A DNA stretch of 64,000 bases from a virus. The stretch lies in IMG/VR virus record IMGVR_UViG_3300031857_000034, positions 1 through 64,000 of that record; one strand, written 5' to 3'. Below are positions 37,196 to 47,400 of the stretch, piece by piece (position 1 is the stretch's first letter; each line of letters starts with the position of its first letter). The position numbers and the translations under genes are program-made. The notes beneath the pieces are model-generated. The model was not told the DNA's origin. It was given only the letters and a program-made list of their open reading frames with translations, and searched no databases.

Positions 37196-38611
37196 ATGGC
37201 CAACAATCTCGTACCTTACTTTTACGACGGACAAATCCGCAGATTCATGCTGCAGATCGCTCGCGCATTCAGCAACTTCCAATGTGAGTACGGCAAAGAT
37301 CAAGAAGGCAATCCCATATTGGTCAGGATACCTTGTATGTACGGCAATGCCTCTAGACAGGCTGCTGACATCATAGCCAAGAACACACAAAACAACTTGC
37401 CAGCAGCGCCGCAGATTACCTTTTATATCTCTGCTGTGAAGTATGCAAGAGATCGTGTGCAGGATCCCACCTTCACTGGCAAAATCGCTGTGCGCCAAAG
37501 AACCTACGACGAAGTGACCAATACATATGAACGCACACAAGGTAATGCGTTTATTGTAGAGCGCATGATGCCAGTACCATATGACATCACGGTGAACGTG
37601 GATTTCTGGACCAGCAACGAACAACAAAAACAAAGCATCTTCGAACAGATTGGTACACTGTTCAATCCTGCTATAGAAATACAAAGCACTGACAACTATA
37701 TCGATTGGACCAGCTTGACAACTTTAGAGCAGACTGATCTACAGTGGAGCAGCCGCACAGTGCCCGTGGGGCAAGGCAATCCCATAGACATCATGACCTT
37801 TACACTTAAACTACCGGTATGGATATCACCGCCAGTGAAAGTCACCAAGTATGGTGTGATCCACAAGATCATTACCAACATCTTTGATGAATCAGGCGAT
37901 GCCAACAATGCTCTCACAGGCGACGACATACTGGCTGGCACCCGCGCTGTGATAACTCCCATGGGCTATCAGATCCTGCTGTTGGAAGGACAGATACAAT
38001 GCCTGCGCAGTAATGTGCCGCATCAACCGCCCAACGTTGAACTCAATGATCCTGTCGAAGATGAAACCAGCACACTGCTGTGGCACAATGTCATTGACTT
38101 GTATGGCGCACTGCGCAATGGCATCAGCCAGATACGCATACAGAATCATGATCTAGAAACTGAAATAGTTGGCACAGTGGCTTATCATCCATCGGATGAT
38201 CGTGTGCTGTTATTCTCTGCCGACGCAGATACATTACCTCCCAATACCTTACAGCCTATCTCTGCTGTGATCAATCCACAGCGTTCAGGTCCGGGATCAG
38301 GATTACCATTGGCATCTCCAGGACAGCGTTATTTGTTGACTGACAACATAGGCAGCAAGAACAACACAGATCCAGCACCGGCCTGGACTGAAAACGGTGT
38401 GGCATTGATTGCCGCTGCCGACGACATCATTGAGTATGATGGTCAGCGTTGGTTTATCTCCTTTGATGCCAGTGAAGTGCAGCCTGGCCAGCAGATAGAA
38501 TTTGTGACCAATCTCAAGACCAAAGTGCAGTACAAGTTTGACATTGAGCTAGGCTGGATCAAAAGTTACGAAGGTTTCTATCGCGGTGGCGATTGGAGCA
38601 TTGTGCTTTGA
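37196..38611 (+). CDS. Tail sheath stabiliser/terminator (T4 gp15-like), extended
   Basis: YFYDGQIRR...F...F, .P..YG, PVPYDI, EQI...FNP, TFTL..WISPP. Confidence 0.82.
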   Translation: MANNLVPYFYDGQIRRFMLQIARAFSNFQCEYGKDQEGNPILVRIPCMYGNASRQAADIIAKNTQNNLPAAPQITFYISAVKYARDRVQDPTFTGKIAVRQRTYDEVTNTYERTQGNAFIVERMMPVPYDITVNVDFWTSNEQQKQSIFEQIGTLFNPAIEIQSTDNYIDWTSLTTLEQTDLQWSSRTVPVGQGNPIDIMTFTLKLPVWISPPVKVTKYGVIHKIITNIFDESGDANNALTGDDILAGTRAVITPMGYQILLLEGQIQCLRSNVPHQPPNVELNDPVEDETSTLLWHNVIDLYGALRNGISQIRIQNHDLETEIVGTVAYHPSDDRVLLFSADADTLPPNTLQPISAVINPQRSGPGSGLPLASPGQRYLLTDNIGSKNNTDPAPAWTENGVALIAAADDIIEYDGQRWFISFDASEVQPGQQIEFVTNLKTKVQYKFDIELGWIKSYEGFYRGGDWSIVL

Positions 38612-39027
38612 AATCTGTTGATGCTGTAGGCATCATGTTTTACAGTGCTGCCACACATAGATATCTTTACCTACTGCGCAATGATCCCAAGCACCCAGGC
38701 TCTTGGGGACTACCTGGTGGTAAGATAGAATCAGGTGAATCCATACTGGCCGCAGTGGAGCGAGAATGTCGGGAAGAACTAGGCATGGTTCCTGCGTATC
38801 AAAAACTTATTCCCATTGAAAAGTTTACCAGCAATGACAATAACTTTAACTATCATACTTTCTTTTGTGCCGTGGCAGAAGAATTTGTGCCTACACTAAA
38901 TCACGAACACATTGGCTATGCCTGGGTGGCCGCAGGTACAGTGCCCAAACCTCTGCATCCAGGATTATACGCTACATTCAAGATTGAAGAAATACGAGAC
39001 AAACTGGCAGTGATTGAACGAGGTTAA
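38608..39027 (+). CDS. NUDIX hydrolase
   Basis: Nudix box GGKIESGESILAAVERECREELG; TTG start overlapping the gp15 stop. Confidence 0.9.
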   Translation: MKSVDAVGIMFYSAATHRYLYLLRNDPKHPGSWGLPGGKIESGESILAAVERECREELGMVPAYQKLIPIEKFTSNDNNFNYHTFFCAVAEEFVPTLNHEHIGYAWVAAGTVPKPLHPGLYATFKIEEIRDKLAVIERG

Positions 39028-39731
39028 AGGCCGTATGTGGCTTTGGTCACATTAAAATTTTGCAGGATCTCTGATGAATTCAACACGCGATCGTAGATGA
39101 AAACTTGGCCTATATCTCCTACAAAAGCATAACTGCCGCCTAGATAGCGGCTTAAACCAATCCAAAGTTCTTGATCATTTAGAATGGAGCCTGTCAATGT
39201 ATCCGACACTGAGTTTACTTGACTGCCATTCACATAAAGCGTGAGCGTTGAATCATCTCTTGTGAACATGGCCAAATACCACGAATTGTTGTTGTAGTTT
39301 GTGAGTGGGCTAGTGATCGTGGTGCTGGACGAGGGCGATTGTGCTATGTCTCCCGCGATCTGGCCACCATTCAAATAAAGACGATAATTCCAAGGAGACC
39401 CGGCGCTTTGTTCCTTGCTCAAAATCATTTGATTGCCTGCTGCACTGGTTCTAAACCAAGCACCAACAGAAAAGTTTTCAAATTTTAGAATTTGGTTAGT
39501 ATCAACATACTGCGAATTGAAGGAAAAGTATGTGGAATTCCATGGTGGAGATCCAACCAAGTCAGTGGTGTAGGCATTGACGCTGAGATCATACCAGTAA
39601 AGTCCCGATCCTGGATAACTTGACGAACTGGCTGCATTGAGATACATTTGCAGATTTGAAGTAATAATACTCAAGCCAGGTGATGCAGCAGGCTGGACAT
39701 TGTTCATGATCATCATCTGTGCACCACTCAT
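39024..39731 (-). CDS. LamG/concanavalin-A-like domain protein
   Basis: L..YL.A...SSYPGSG..WYDLS, FSVGAWF, LYVNG, IYDRVL...EILQNF. Confidence 0.85.
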   Translation of the reverse strand: MSGAQMMIMNNVQPAASPGLSIITSNLQMYLNAASSSSYPGSGLYWYDLSVNAYTTDLVGSPPWNSTYFSFNSQYVDTNQILKFENFSVGAWFRTSAAGNQMILSKEQSAGSPWNYRLYLNGGQIAGDIAQSPSSSTTITSPLTNYNNNSWYLAMFTRDDSTLTLYVNGSQVNSVSDTLTGSILNDQELWIGLSRYLGGSYAFVGDIGQVFIYDRVLNSSEILQNFNVTKATYGL

Positions 39732-39768
39732 ACACCGAACCTGCCTTTCAGCGCTTCTGAAATAGACA

Positions 39769-42438
39769 TTAGGTCACTCCGGTGCCGTTGATCATCCAAA
39801 CATTCGCTGCCACATTCAGCAGGCTGGCCATGCCATAGGTAGAAATAGTTCTGTTGCCAGCAGTGCTGTTACCTGCTAGATATAAACTCACGCCCGAGCC
39901 CTGTGCAATAGTGATAGTGCCCGTGCCGCGATTGACCACTGTGATAGCCGTACCTACTTGGAAAACCTGACTGGAATTGTTAGCAATGGTCAGAACATAG
40001 TTGGTGCTTTCTGTTGAATAAAAATGCTTGCCGGCATCTGCAGCTGCTATGGTTGCATTGCCTGTGAAACTGACCTGTGGAATATCTCTGTAGCCTATAG
40101 CAAAGCCTGCTATATTACCAGACACGTTGCCTGCGGTGATAATGTTTCCACCTGTGATGTTGCCAGTTACACTGATAGCATTACCATAGGTGATTTCTTT
40201 TGATGTGATATTATAGAACACGACTTCAGCCACATTGGCCACATCATTGCGTATGGGTGCCACTGTGAATGTATTGGCAGTGGTTTGATTAAGTATGCCA
40301 CCAGTGGCATTGATGATGATCGAATTGTTGCCCTGATTGGTGTCGCCGGCTGCTCGACCCAGGGCTACCGCATATTCGCCTTGTGTGATTCGACCAGCTC
40401 CGTCACCTACGGCCACTGCTGAGACGCCTTGTGTGTCGGTACCAGCCATTTCACCAATGGCCACTGCTGAACCACCTTGGGTGTTGTTACCAGCTTGGTA
40501 GCCTATGGCCACTGCATAGATGTCTTGATTTTCCCCTCCAGCCCGGTAACCAATAGCCACTGAATCGCCGCCTTGATCAGTCTCGCCGGCCTCTAAGCCA
40601 ATGGCTATAGCACCACTGCTCTGCCCTGAAAACCCTGCTTCTTGACCAATGGCCACTGCGTAGGCACCTTGTGCGTTGCCGGCTTCTCGACCAATGGCCA
40701 CTGCTCCAATGCCTTGTGAGGTTATGGCAGCTTGAAAGCCCAGGGCCACTGCATAGTTGCCTTGTGATGTTTCACCAGCTTGTTGTCCAATGGCCACTGC
40801 ATCACCTGCGGTGTCTCGTATCATAGCACCGTTGGTGAGTGTGATCTTGCCAGTGTTGACGTTGCCGCCTGTGATGTTACCGGTGGCACTGACATTACCT
40901 GCTGTGATGTTGCCTGTGTATGTGGGCAGATATGCAGCAACATTGACATTGCTATAAGCAGCAGGTAATCCTGTAAGTTGTGATCCGTTGCCAATAAAAT
41001 AGTTGGCAGTGATGTTGCCCGTGGTAGTGATTGCGGCATTTGACCCGTTGGATAGCACTGTCTGTCCACCAATGGTCAATCCGTTGGCACTGGTAACTGC
41101 CAGTGGCACATTGCCGAGATAAATGGTATTGTTACTGACATAAAGATCATTCCATTGATTTGTTACATTACCCAGACTACGGCTACCGTTGGCCACTGGA
41201 ATGATGTCGCCAGGAACTAGAAAAATACCTTCGCCCGAAAATTTCCAAAAGTAATTTTGGCTGTTGCCATCAAAAGTTATAATTCTAGCAAAGTTATTGG
41301 AACCGTCATTAGCAGTTAGTTCAAACTGTGCTAGTCTTTCATCTTCTGATTCGGCGACTATTTGAATATAGGTACTCTCTGGACCATTGTAGCCTAGATT
41401 TATCGTGGCTTCTGCTATGGTGTTGTTGGCCACTTGCAAAGACATTTCACCTGTGCCTTCAGCATAGATAGTGGACACCGGGGGACAATGCATGGCGCCG
41501 CTATTGATGAAAAACCAAGTTTCAGATCCGCTGGTGATCTCAACGTTACCGTTATCGAAGATCACAATGTTGGATGTGCCATTGGATATTCTGTCTATGC
41601 CCGACAGTTGCCTACCGTTGCCTAAAATATAAGATCCTGAAATGTTAGCATTGGTAGTGACATTGCCTGTCAATAATGCTAGATTGCCACTGTAAGTGGG
41701 AAGATAGTTGGCCACGTTAGCGTTACTATATCCATCCACCACAGATATATTACTCAATAGTCCGCCATCTCCAACAAAGTAATTGGCTGTGATGTAACCT
41801 GTGGCTGTGAGATTGCCTGAGTAGTCAAAAACCCAATCACCACTGTTGGTGTCGATCTTGACATTGCCTCTGTTGGCAAAATTAAAAATATTTAAACTGA
41901 ACGAGTTGGCGGCTGCGTCATCGGGTATGGTAATACCCGCTAGGCCAGAAGCACCGTTGGGCCTGATAGCGATAGCTGTTTCGGATGCGCCGTTGGCCAA
42001 CTCAATGGTGGCACCATCAAAGTAGATATTGCCTATGCGATCGCTGGCTTCAGGCACTGGTTCAAATACTATGGCCGTTACACCAATCACAACGGGATTG
42101 GGCGTGGTCAATGTCCAAGTGGTCTGTGCATAATCTGCACCTTCGGTGACGGCCACAGTCAATCCTGAGTTCACTGCGGAACTCAATCCAGAATTGATAT
42201 TGACCCAGTCTGGTGCAGGCACCAACAATGTCTGCGCAGCATTGACCTGATATATGCCGTTTTCGGTGGCATTGGTCTGTGCTGTCAACAACACACGATC
42301 ATAGGGATCTAACACCACTGCGTCAATGACCAGTGCGCCAGGGCTGGCTAGATTGATGTTTGAGTCAGATAAAGCACGAACCGCCTGTTTCCAGTCGATG
42401 TCGTATACTTGGTATGCGCGGGGTTTTGTTGCTGGCAT
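39769..42438 (-). CDS. Tail fibre-like protein with YadA-head-like repeats
   Basis: N-terminal DRVLL..Q....NGIY module; Asn/Gly-rich repeats; about ten AVAIG..AG...QG repeats. Confidence 0.75.
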   Translation of the reverse strand: MPATKPRAYQVYDIDWKQAVRALSDSNINLASPGALVIDAVVLDPYDRVLLTAQTNATENGIYQVNAAQTLLVPAPDWVNINSGLSSAVNSGLTVAVTEGADYAQTTWTLTTPNPVVIGVTAIVFEPVPEASDRIGNIYFDGATIELANGASETAIAIRPNGASGLAGITIPDDAAANSFSLNIFNFANRGNVKIDTNSGDWVFDYSGNLTATGYITANYFVGDGGLLSNISVVDGYSNANVANYLPTYSGNLALLTGNVTTNANISGSYILGNGRQLSGIDRISNGTSNIVIFDNGNVEITSGSETWFFINSGAMHCPPVSTIYAEGTGEMSLQVANNTIAEATINLGYNGPESTYIQIVAESEDERLAQFELTANDGSNNFARIITFDGNSQNYFWKFSGEGIFLVPGDIIPVANGSRSLGNVTNQWNDLYVSNNTIYLGNVPLAVTSANGLTIGGQTVLSNGSNAAITTTGNITANYFIGNGSQLTGLPAAYSNVNVAAYLPTYTGNITAGNVSATGNITGGNVNTGKITLTNGAMIRDTAGDAVAIGQQAGETSQGNYAVALGFQAAITSQGIGAVAIGREAGNAQGAYAVAIGQEAGFSGQSSGAIAIGLEAGETDQGGDSVAIGYRAGGENQDIYAVAIGYQAGNNTQGGSAVAIGEMAGTDTQGVSAVAVGDGAGRITQGEYAVALGRAAGDTNQGNNSIIINATGGILNQTTANTFTVAPIRNDVANVAEVVFYNITSKEITYGNAISVTGNITGGNIITAGNVSGNIAGFAIGYRDIPQVSFTGNATIAAADAGKHFYSTESTNYVLTIANNSSQVFQVGTAITVVNRGTGTITIAQGSGVSLYLAGNSTAGNRTISTYGMASLLNVAANVWMINGTGVT

Positions 42439-42493
42439 AAGCTGTTTCCAATTTACAACTATTTAGCGGAAACAGCGGTTGGTACCAGGTGTG

Positions 42494-43237
42494 CTACTTA
42501 AATGACGGTCCTGTGATCCAGGCCACAAGGCTGTATCTAGTGCCCTTGGTCACGGGCGTTACCCTGTGTAGCACATAGCTGGGAAACACTGCAATAAATC
42601 CCTGGTCTTTAGATGGCTTGGTTGGTTCTTCACCAAAGTACAGTTCCAATTCGCCACCCTTGTAGTCCTTGGGGTCGGATAACTGCAGTGTAAAGCTTAG
42701 TTTGCGTGTCCAGGTATTGAGTCCACGGTCCACGTGCTGATTATATTTGCCACCAGGAGCATCATAGCGTGTAAACTGAAATCCTTCGATAAAGCCAAAC
42801 AGATCAAACTTGAAAAATCTAGAATTCAAATCAACGATAATGTCTGTGACGCGCCTAAACATCCAATCGCTGTCATCGTTGGGCATGATCCAAGCAGTTT
42901 TGCTGTCTCGGATTTTGGTATCCACTTGATTACCGCGGATACGTGCATCTTCTACCAAGCGACTATTGCCTATCTCAACTATTTTTTGACAGTCTTCGGG
43001 TGAAAATGCGCCTTGGAAATATGCCCAATCTTCCACGTGATCAAGCTGGAAGGGCCATACAGTAGAAGGCTGTTGTATTTTTAATACACTTGGTGAAGAC
43101 TCTGTCTTGGATGTGTTATCCGCAGTTTTTTCTGTGGACACTGCCAGTGTTTTTTTAACTCGCGGAGTTTTTACTGTTTTGATTTCTTTAGACGGCATAG
43201 TGCCGTTTTGTTCGGCTTGAGCAAGTTTCTTAGGCAT
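42494..43237 (-). CDS. 2OG-Fe(II) oxygenase (prolyl-4-hydroxylase-like)
   Basis: HVD, RKLS..LQLS, Y.GGEL, FPSY.LHRV.PV..G.RYSLV.W. Confidence 0.92.
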   Translation of the reverse strand: MPKKLAQAEQNGTMPSKEIKTVKTPRVKKTLAVSTEKTADNTSKTESSPSVLKIQQPSTVWPFQLDHVEDWAYFQGAFSPEDCQKIVEIGNSRLVEDARIRGNQVDTKIRDSKTAWIMPNDDSDWMFRRVTDIIVDLNSRFFKFDLFGFIEGFQFTRYDAPGGKYNQHVDRGLNTWTRKLSFTLQLSDPKDYKGGELELYFGEEPTKPSKDQGFIAVFPSYVLHRVTPVTKGTRYSLVAWITGPSFK

Positions 43238-43287
43238 ACTTTTAATTAGTATCCAGTATGCCTAAGATATTTTTTTTTTGGCTGCTG

Positions 43288-43635
43288 TTATTCAGGAATC
43301 TGATCCCAAGATGTAGTGCCTTCGTTCCATTCGTAACGATTGCCATCTGTGGGATAAGCCACTGGTGCATTCCAAAGACAAGTATCCTCATCCAAGACCC
43401 AACTGTTGTGGGGTTTGGGCGGAATAAAAGCATCGCGGCCTGCATCATAACTGTAGCCAATACCTGCATAATTTTTACGCAAGGGGCGACCTTCGGGGTG
43501 TTGCCCAGCGTGTGTGTTGTAACTGGTTTGTACCCAGTCTGCGGCATTGCCCACTGCGCCAGAATTGATAAAATCCTGTTCGGCTACAATAACTTGGGTA
43601 ACAATACCGCCTTCAATTTTAGCGAAATGTGACAT
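43288..43635 (-). CDS. Hypothetical phage protein (tail-fibre-associated)
   Basis: MSHFAKI...WVQTSYN...RKNYAGIGY.YD...DAFI.PKP..SW.L; SD GGAGGAG; TATAAATA at 43671-43678. Confidence 0.75.
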   Translation of the reverse strand: MSHFAKIEGGIVTQVIVAEQDFINSGAVGNAADWVQTSYNTHAGQHPEGRPLRKNYAGIGYSYDAGRDAFIPPKPHNSWVLDEDTCLWNAPVAYPTDGNRYEWNEGTTSWDQIPE

Positions 43636-43687
43636 TAATTTCTCCTCCGTGAGTTATTTATTAAGATTTCTATTTATAATTGAAAAT

Positions 43688-44521
43688 TTATGTTATCACT
43701 ACTTCATCAAGCAGCAGCGTAGATCCTAACACTGTACCGCCCGTGGCGTCGTAGGATCCGCAGACAAAACAAAAATAGTAGTAGCCTGCTTGCCCAGAAC
43801 CTATCACAGTGCTGGACTGCACCCAACCAGAATCCGTTCCTGCAGCCGAAGCAGTTTGATTTAAAAGAGTAATATACTGTCCTGTGGAGGTAAAAGCGTA
43901 TGCTCTTACACAGTAAGCGTCGCTAGTTGAAGGGTTTCCTGTATCGTAGGCTCGCCAGTAAAACGATAGAGTTTGACCCACATTGGCTATCACGGGATTG
44001 GTGCTGTAGATATAAGGCCCGTATAGAATGTTATAACCAAATGCAGCATCCATGTCAGCTGTGCTTTGCATGACAGCACCGTACAATAATCCCCCTGGCG
44101 GTCCAGCCGGGACTCCTGGAGAACTGTACAATGATACACTGCTGGTGTATGTGGGTCCAGATTGAAAGAGATTACAGGTATCCCCGGGACTGCTGTAAGG
44201 ATCAGGATCAGGATCAGGCGGTGCAGCCACACCATTGATCACGGTAGGAGTATTACCTGAACTGTTGAATCTAAATCGGCTATTGACAAAATTCCAACCA
44301 GTGGTAGTGCCGGTTTCAAATCCTGGATTGGTAAATTCTGGCGTAGGCACATTGCCCGACAATGCCTTGCCATAAAAACTGCCATATCCTATTGGACCAG
44401 TAAACACATTGGCTAGATACCTGGCCGACGAACTGCCAAGCGCAAAAGTAGTGGTAGCAGTATTGCCTAACTCCACGTTGATCATTCCTGCGCCAATGGC
44501 ACCGGACACAGGCAGCGTCAT
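43688..44521 (-). CDS. Tail-fibre-associated protein, possible carbohydrate-binding domain
   Basis: N-terminal LP.SG.I....IN.ELG module; NPGFETG...GW...LLDEV jelly-roll-like domain. Confidence 0.65.
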   Translation of the reverse strand: MTLPVSGAIGAGMINVELGNTATTTFALGSSSARYLANVFTGPIGYGSFYGKALSGNVPTPEFTNPGFETGTTTGWNFVNSRFRFNSSGNTPTVINGVAAPPDPDPDPYSSPGDTCNLFQSGPTYTSSVSLYSSPGVPAGPPGGLLYGAVMQSTADMDAAFGYNILYGPYIYSTNPVIANVGQTLSFYWRAYDTGNPSTSDAYCVRAYAFTSTGQYITLLNQTASAAGTDSGWVQSSTVIGSGQAGYYYFCFVCGSYDATGGTVLGSTLLLDEVVIT

Positions 44522-44838
44522 ACAGGATCCCCGTAGGCATATCTCAGATATAATCTTCCAGGCTGTCCAGGAAACGGATCACCAAAGATTTCACTAGACA
44601 CTGCCAAGGCAGCAGAATTTTGATTGGCAAAAACATTGGCCACTACAGCACGGCTGGATCGGCAGTTATTGTTGCCATATTCAAAATTGGGTGCCAGTCC
44701 CCCAGGATTGCCGTAACTGGCAAATACTAAAATGTTGAAAATTTTACCTGCGGGTGCTGCTAACGTAAGCACATCGCCGTCATCTGCTTGAGCACATACA
44801 GTATTACCTGCTGCGTCTTGTGTTACTATCACTGTCAT
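44518..44838 (-). CDS. SUEL-type (galactose/rhamnose-binding) lectin-like protein
   Basis: L..P.G..I.FASYG.P.G...S...V.......S....S..FGDP.PG....L...Y pattern. Confidence 0.65.
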   Translation of the reverse strand: MTVIVTQDAAGNTVCAQADDGDVLTLAAPAGKIFNILVFASYGNPGGLAPNFEYGNNNCRSSRAVVANVFANQNSAALAVSSEIFGDPFPGQPGRLYLRYAYGDPV

Positions 44839-47354
44839 AGTTTGCGTTTGATATCATTGATTTCTTGACGTAACTCTTTGATGGCAGCAATAATCAATGG
44901 AGCAAATCTTTCATACTTGACTGTGAGATATCCGTCACCTATGGGTGCATCGGCTATGATCTCAGGCACTACATTGGCCACTTCTTGTGCCGACACACCA
45001 AGATCGCGATGTCGGGTATAACCATAGGTATTGACTGCTATGTCATTGGGCTCAAAGTAGAATGTGGTCAACTGATCAACTTTGTCCAGTGCGTTTTCTA
45101 TATTGCCCAATCTTGTTTTGAGCCTATCGTCTGAGAAGTATGCAATGATATTGCCTGTGGCCACAATCTCGCCATTGGTACCCGAAGGTGCAGTACCAAC
45201 ACCCAGTTGATTGACTTGTATATTGCCGTTTACTGTTGTGCTGTAAGTGACTTCCTTGGTACTGTTGTTGTATTGTAATATGCCTGCGTTGCCCGATGTG
45301 TTTCTAATAGGTGCTACCACAAACGAATTGGCCGTGGTGTTATTTAGATTGGCCCCTGTGCCGTTCAACACTATGGAATTGTTGGCTTGATTCACACGAC
45401 CTGCGCGGAAACCAATGGCTATGGAATTGGTTCCTTGGCTGTTGCCGCCGGCTTCTGCACCAATGGCTATGGCACCGGCCAGTTGTGTATTTTGTCCAGC
45501 ACCTATGCCAATGGCCACTGTGTAATAGTCTTGGGCAACATTGCCTGCGTTCACTCCAATGGCCACCGCAGTCTGGCTTTGTGTGGCCCCACCTGCTCCA
45601 GTGCCCAGAGCTATGTAATTGTTAGCCACTCCTGTCCAAGCTGTGTTCTGATAGGTGCCATCACCAAATGTTATTCGATCTGTCACTGCAATATTACCAC
45701 CAGAAATGTTGGATGTGAATATGCCGGATAAACCAAACACATTGGCCACAGCCACAATATTGCCAGAAGCAGTGATATTGCCATTGGCAGTGCCACTGGT
45801 AGAGATAGATCTAAATCCTGAAAGAGTGGCCGCAGGACTAGCACTTGTTGCCACGATGCTGTTTTCTACTATGAAATTTGCTGCACGAACATTGCCGGTG
45901 GTTGTGATGTTGCCTGCTGAGATGTTGCCTGTGTATGTAGGCAAGTAGTAGTCTACATTGGCATTGGAATAGCCGTTGGCAAAACCAAGATATTCTCCGT
46001 TGGCCACAACAAACTGGCCATCATAGGTGTTGCCTTGTAAATCTTCCAAGTATAATTTGTCAATACCTGCCATGATCAACACACCGCTATTGGCCAGTTC
46101 TGTGTTGCCAATAGTGGCTGTCTGCAGCCGGATGTTGCCTGCCACAGTCAGGGTATTGGTGTCAGTTGAATTTGCTCCTTGATAGATGTTAAGGCTTAGA
46201 TTGCTGATTCTAATGTTGGGTGCTGCAATATTTGAAGTGTCATAGACAAAATCATCTACACCGTACAAGGCGGTGCCATTGGAATTGTACTGGAAAGACC
46301 CTGGGGAATTTCCCGGGGTTGCCGATATGTTTTGGAACTCCACACCGTTGGCACCGTCGCTGATCAATGCTTGACCAATGTTGCCTCCAGGTATGCGCAG
46401 ATTGGCCACACTGGAAAACACAGCCAGGCCAGTGACATTAGATGTGACCGTCGTTAGGGCACCGCTGATGGAGACATTGCCAGCAGAAATATTACCGGTG
46501 TAGGAAACCAAGTAATTGGCCACATTGGCATTTGAATAACTGCTGGTAACGATGCCTGACAGGAATGCTCCATTGCCCAGCACATAACTGGCAGAGATAT
46601 TGGCTGTGGTAGTGACATTGCCAGCAAGACTATCCAAATTGCCCGAATACACAGGCAAGTAATTGGCCACATTAGCATTACTATATGCCGACGATAGTCC
46701 TGTGATAAAAGCACCGTTGCCTAAAATATAAGCAGCAGAAATATTAGCAGTGGTCGTGACATTGCCTGTCAATGACACTAGATTACCGGTATATGTTGGT
46801 AGATAACTTGGTAGATAAGCTGCCACATTGGCATTGCCGTACAGCACATTTGCACCAGCAAGATTGAGATATGACACTGCTCGGATGTTGCCAGCTGTGA
46901 TGTTGCCGTTGGTTGCGATATTGGCCGAGCCAATGTTGGCTGATGTGATATTGGCAAAAGTTGCTGTCACGCGATTTGACGAAACATTATTTGCTATAAG
47001 ATTACCTTTTCCTGCACCAGTTATGGTAATGTTGCCTGTCATTGCAACTGCATTATTTGCTTCATCAACAGTAAACTCATCAGATACTGCTGCGTTACCG
47101 CCTGGGGCTTTGTATAAAATTCCGTAATCGGTTCCGCTGGGCAAAACAACATTGCCTGTGATGTTGGCATAGATATTGCCGCCCAGTCCTACGATATTAC
47201 CATAAACTACTAAATTTGCAGACTGAAAAACAGTGTCTTTGTTGCCGCGGCGAACTGTGACAAGTGAATTTGACGTGGAGTCAAAATATTGCCAATTTTC
47301 ACTGGCGCCGGTCCAGAAATTAAAATTACCGGTAACTCTTTTAGATGAAGGCAT
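44835..47354 (-). CDS. Tail fibre with a C-terminal intramolecular chaperone (peptidase S74) domain
   Basis: SDDRLK...I.NAL.KV..L, GVSAQEV..V.PE, V.YE...PL.I.AIKEL; YSNANVA.YLP repeats; YadA-like repeats. Confidence 0.85.
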   Translation of the reverse strand: MPSSKRVTGNFNFWTGASENWQYFDSTSNSLVTVRRGNKDTVFQSANLVVYGNIVGLGGNIYANITGNVVLPSGTDYGILYKAPGGNAAVSDEFTVDEANNAVAMTGNITITGAGKGNLIANNVSSNRVTATFANITSANIGSANIATNGNITAGNIRAVSYLNLAGANVLYGNANVAAYLPSYLPTYTGNLVSLTGNVTTTANISAAYILGNGAFITGLSSAYSNANVANYLPVYSGNLDSLAGNVTTTANISASYVLGNGAFLSGIVTSSYSNANVANYLVSYTGNISAGNVSISGALTTVTSNVTGLAVFSSVANLRIPGGNIGQALISDGANGVEFQNISATPGNSPGSFQYNSNGTALYGVDDFVYDTSNIAAPNIRISNLSLNIYQGANSTDTNTLTVAGNIRLQTATIGNTELANSGVLIMAGIDKLYLEDLQGNTYDGQFVVANGEYLGFANGYSNANVDYYLPTYTGNISAGNITTTGNVRAANFIVENSIVATSASPAATLSGFRSISTSGTANGNITASGNIVAVANVFGLSGIFTSNISGGNIAVTDRITFGDGTYQNTAWTGVANNYIALGTGAGGATQSQTAVAIGVNAGNVAQDYYTVAIGIGAGQNTQLAGAIAIGAEAGGNSQGTNSIAIGFRAGRVNQANNSIVLNGTGANLNNTTANSFVVAPIRNTSGNAGILQYNNSTKEVTYSTTVNGNIQVNQLGVGTAPSGTNGEIVATGNIIAYFSDDRLKTRLGNIENALDKVDQLTTFYFEPNDIAVNTYGYTRHRDLGVSAQEVANVVPEIIADAPIGDGYLTVKYERFAPLIIAAIKELRQEINDIKRKL

Positions 47355-47400
47355 ATCTGCTTGTGATCCTAGTTTGTATTATTTAGTAGTTTGGAAATGT

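Noticed and set aside
40340-40810. 48-nt periodic repeats (CCAATGGCCACTGC) resembling a CRISPR array
   Set aside because: They are in-frame, degenerate codon repeats of the AVAIG fibre motif, and there are no cas genes.
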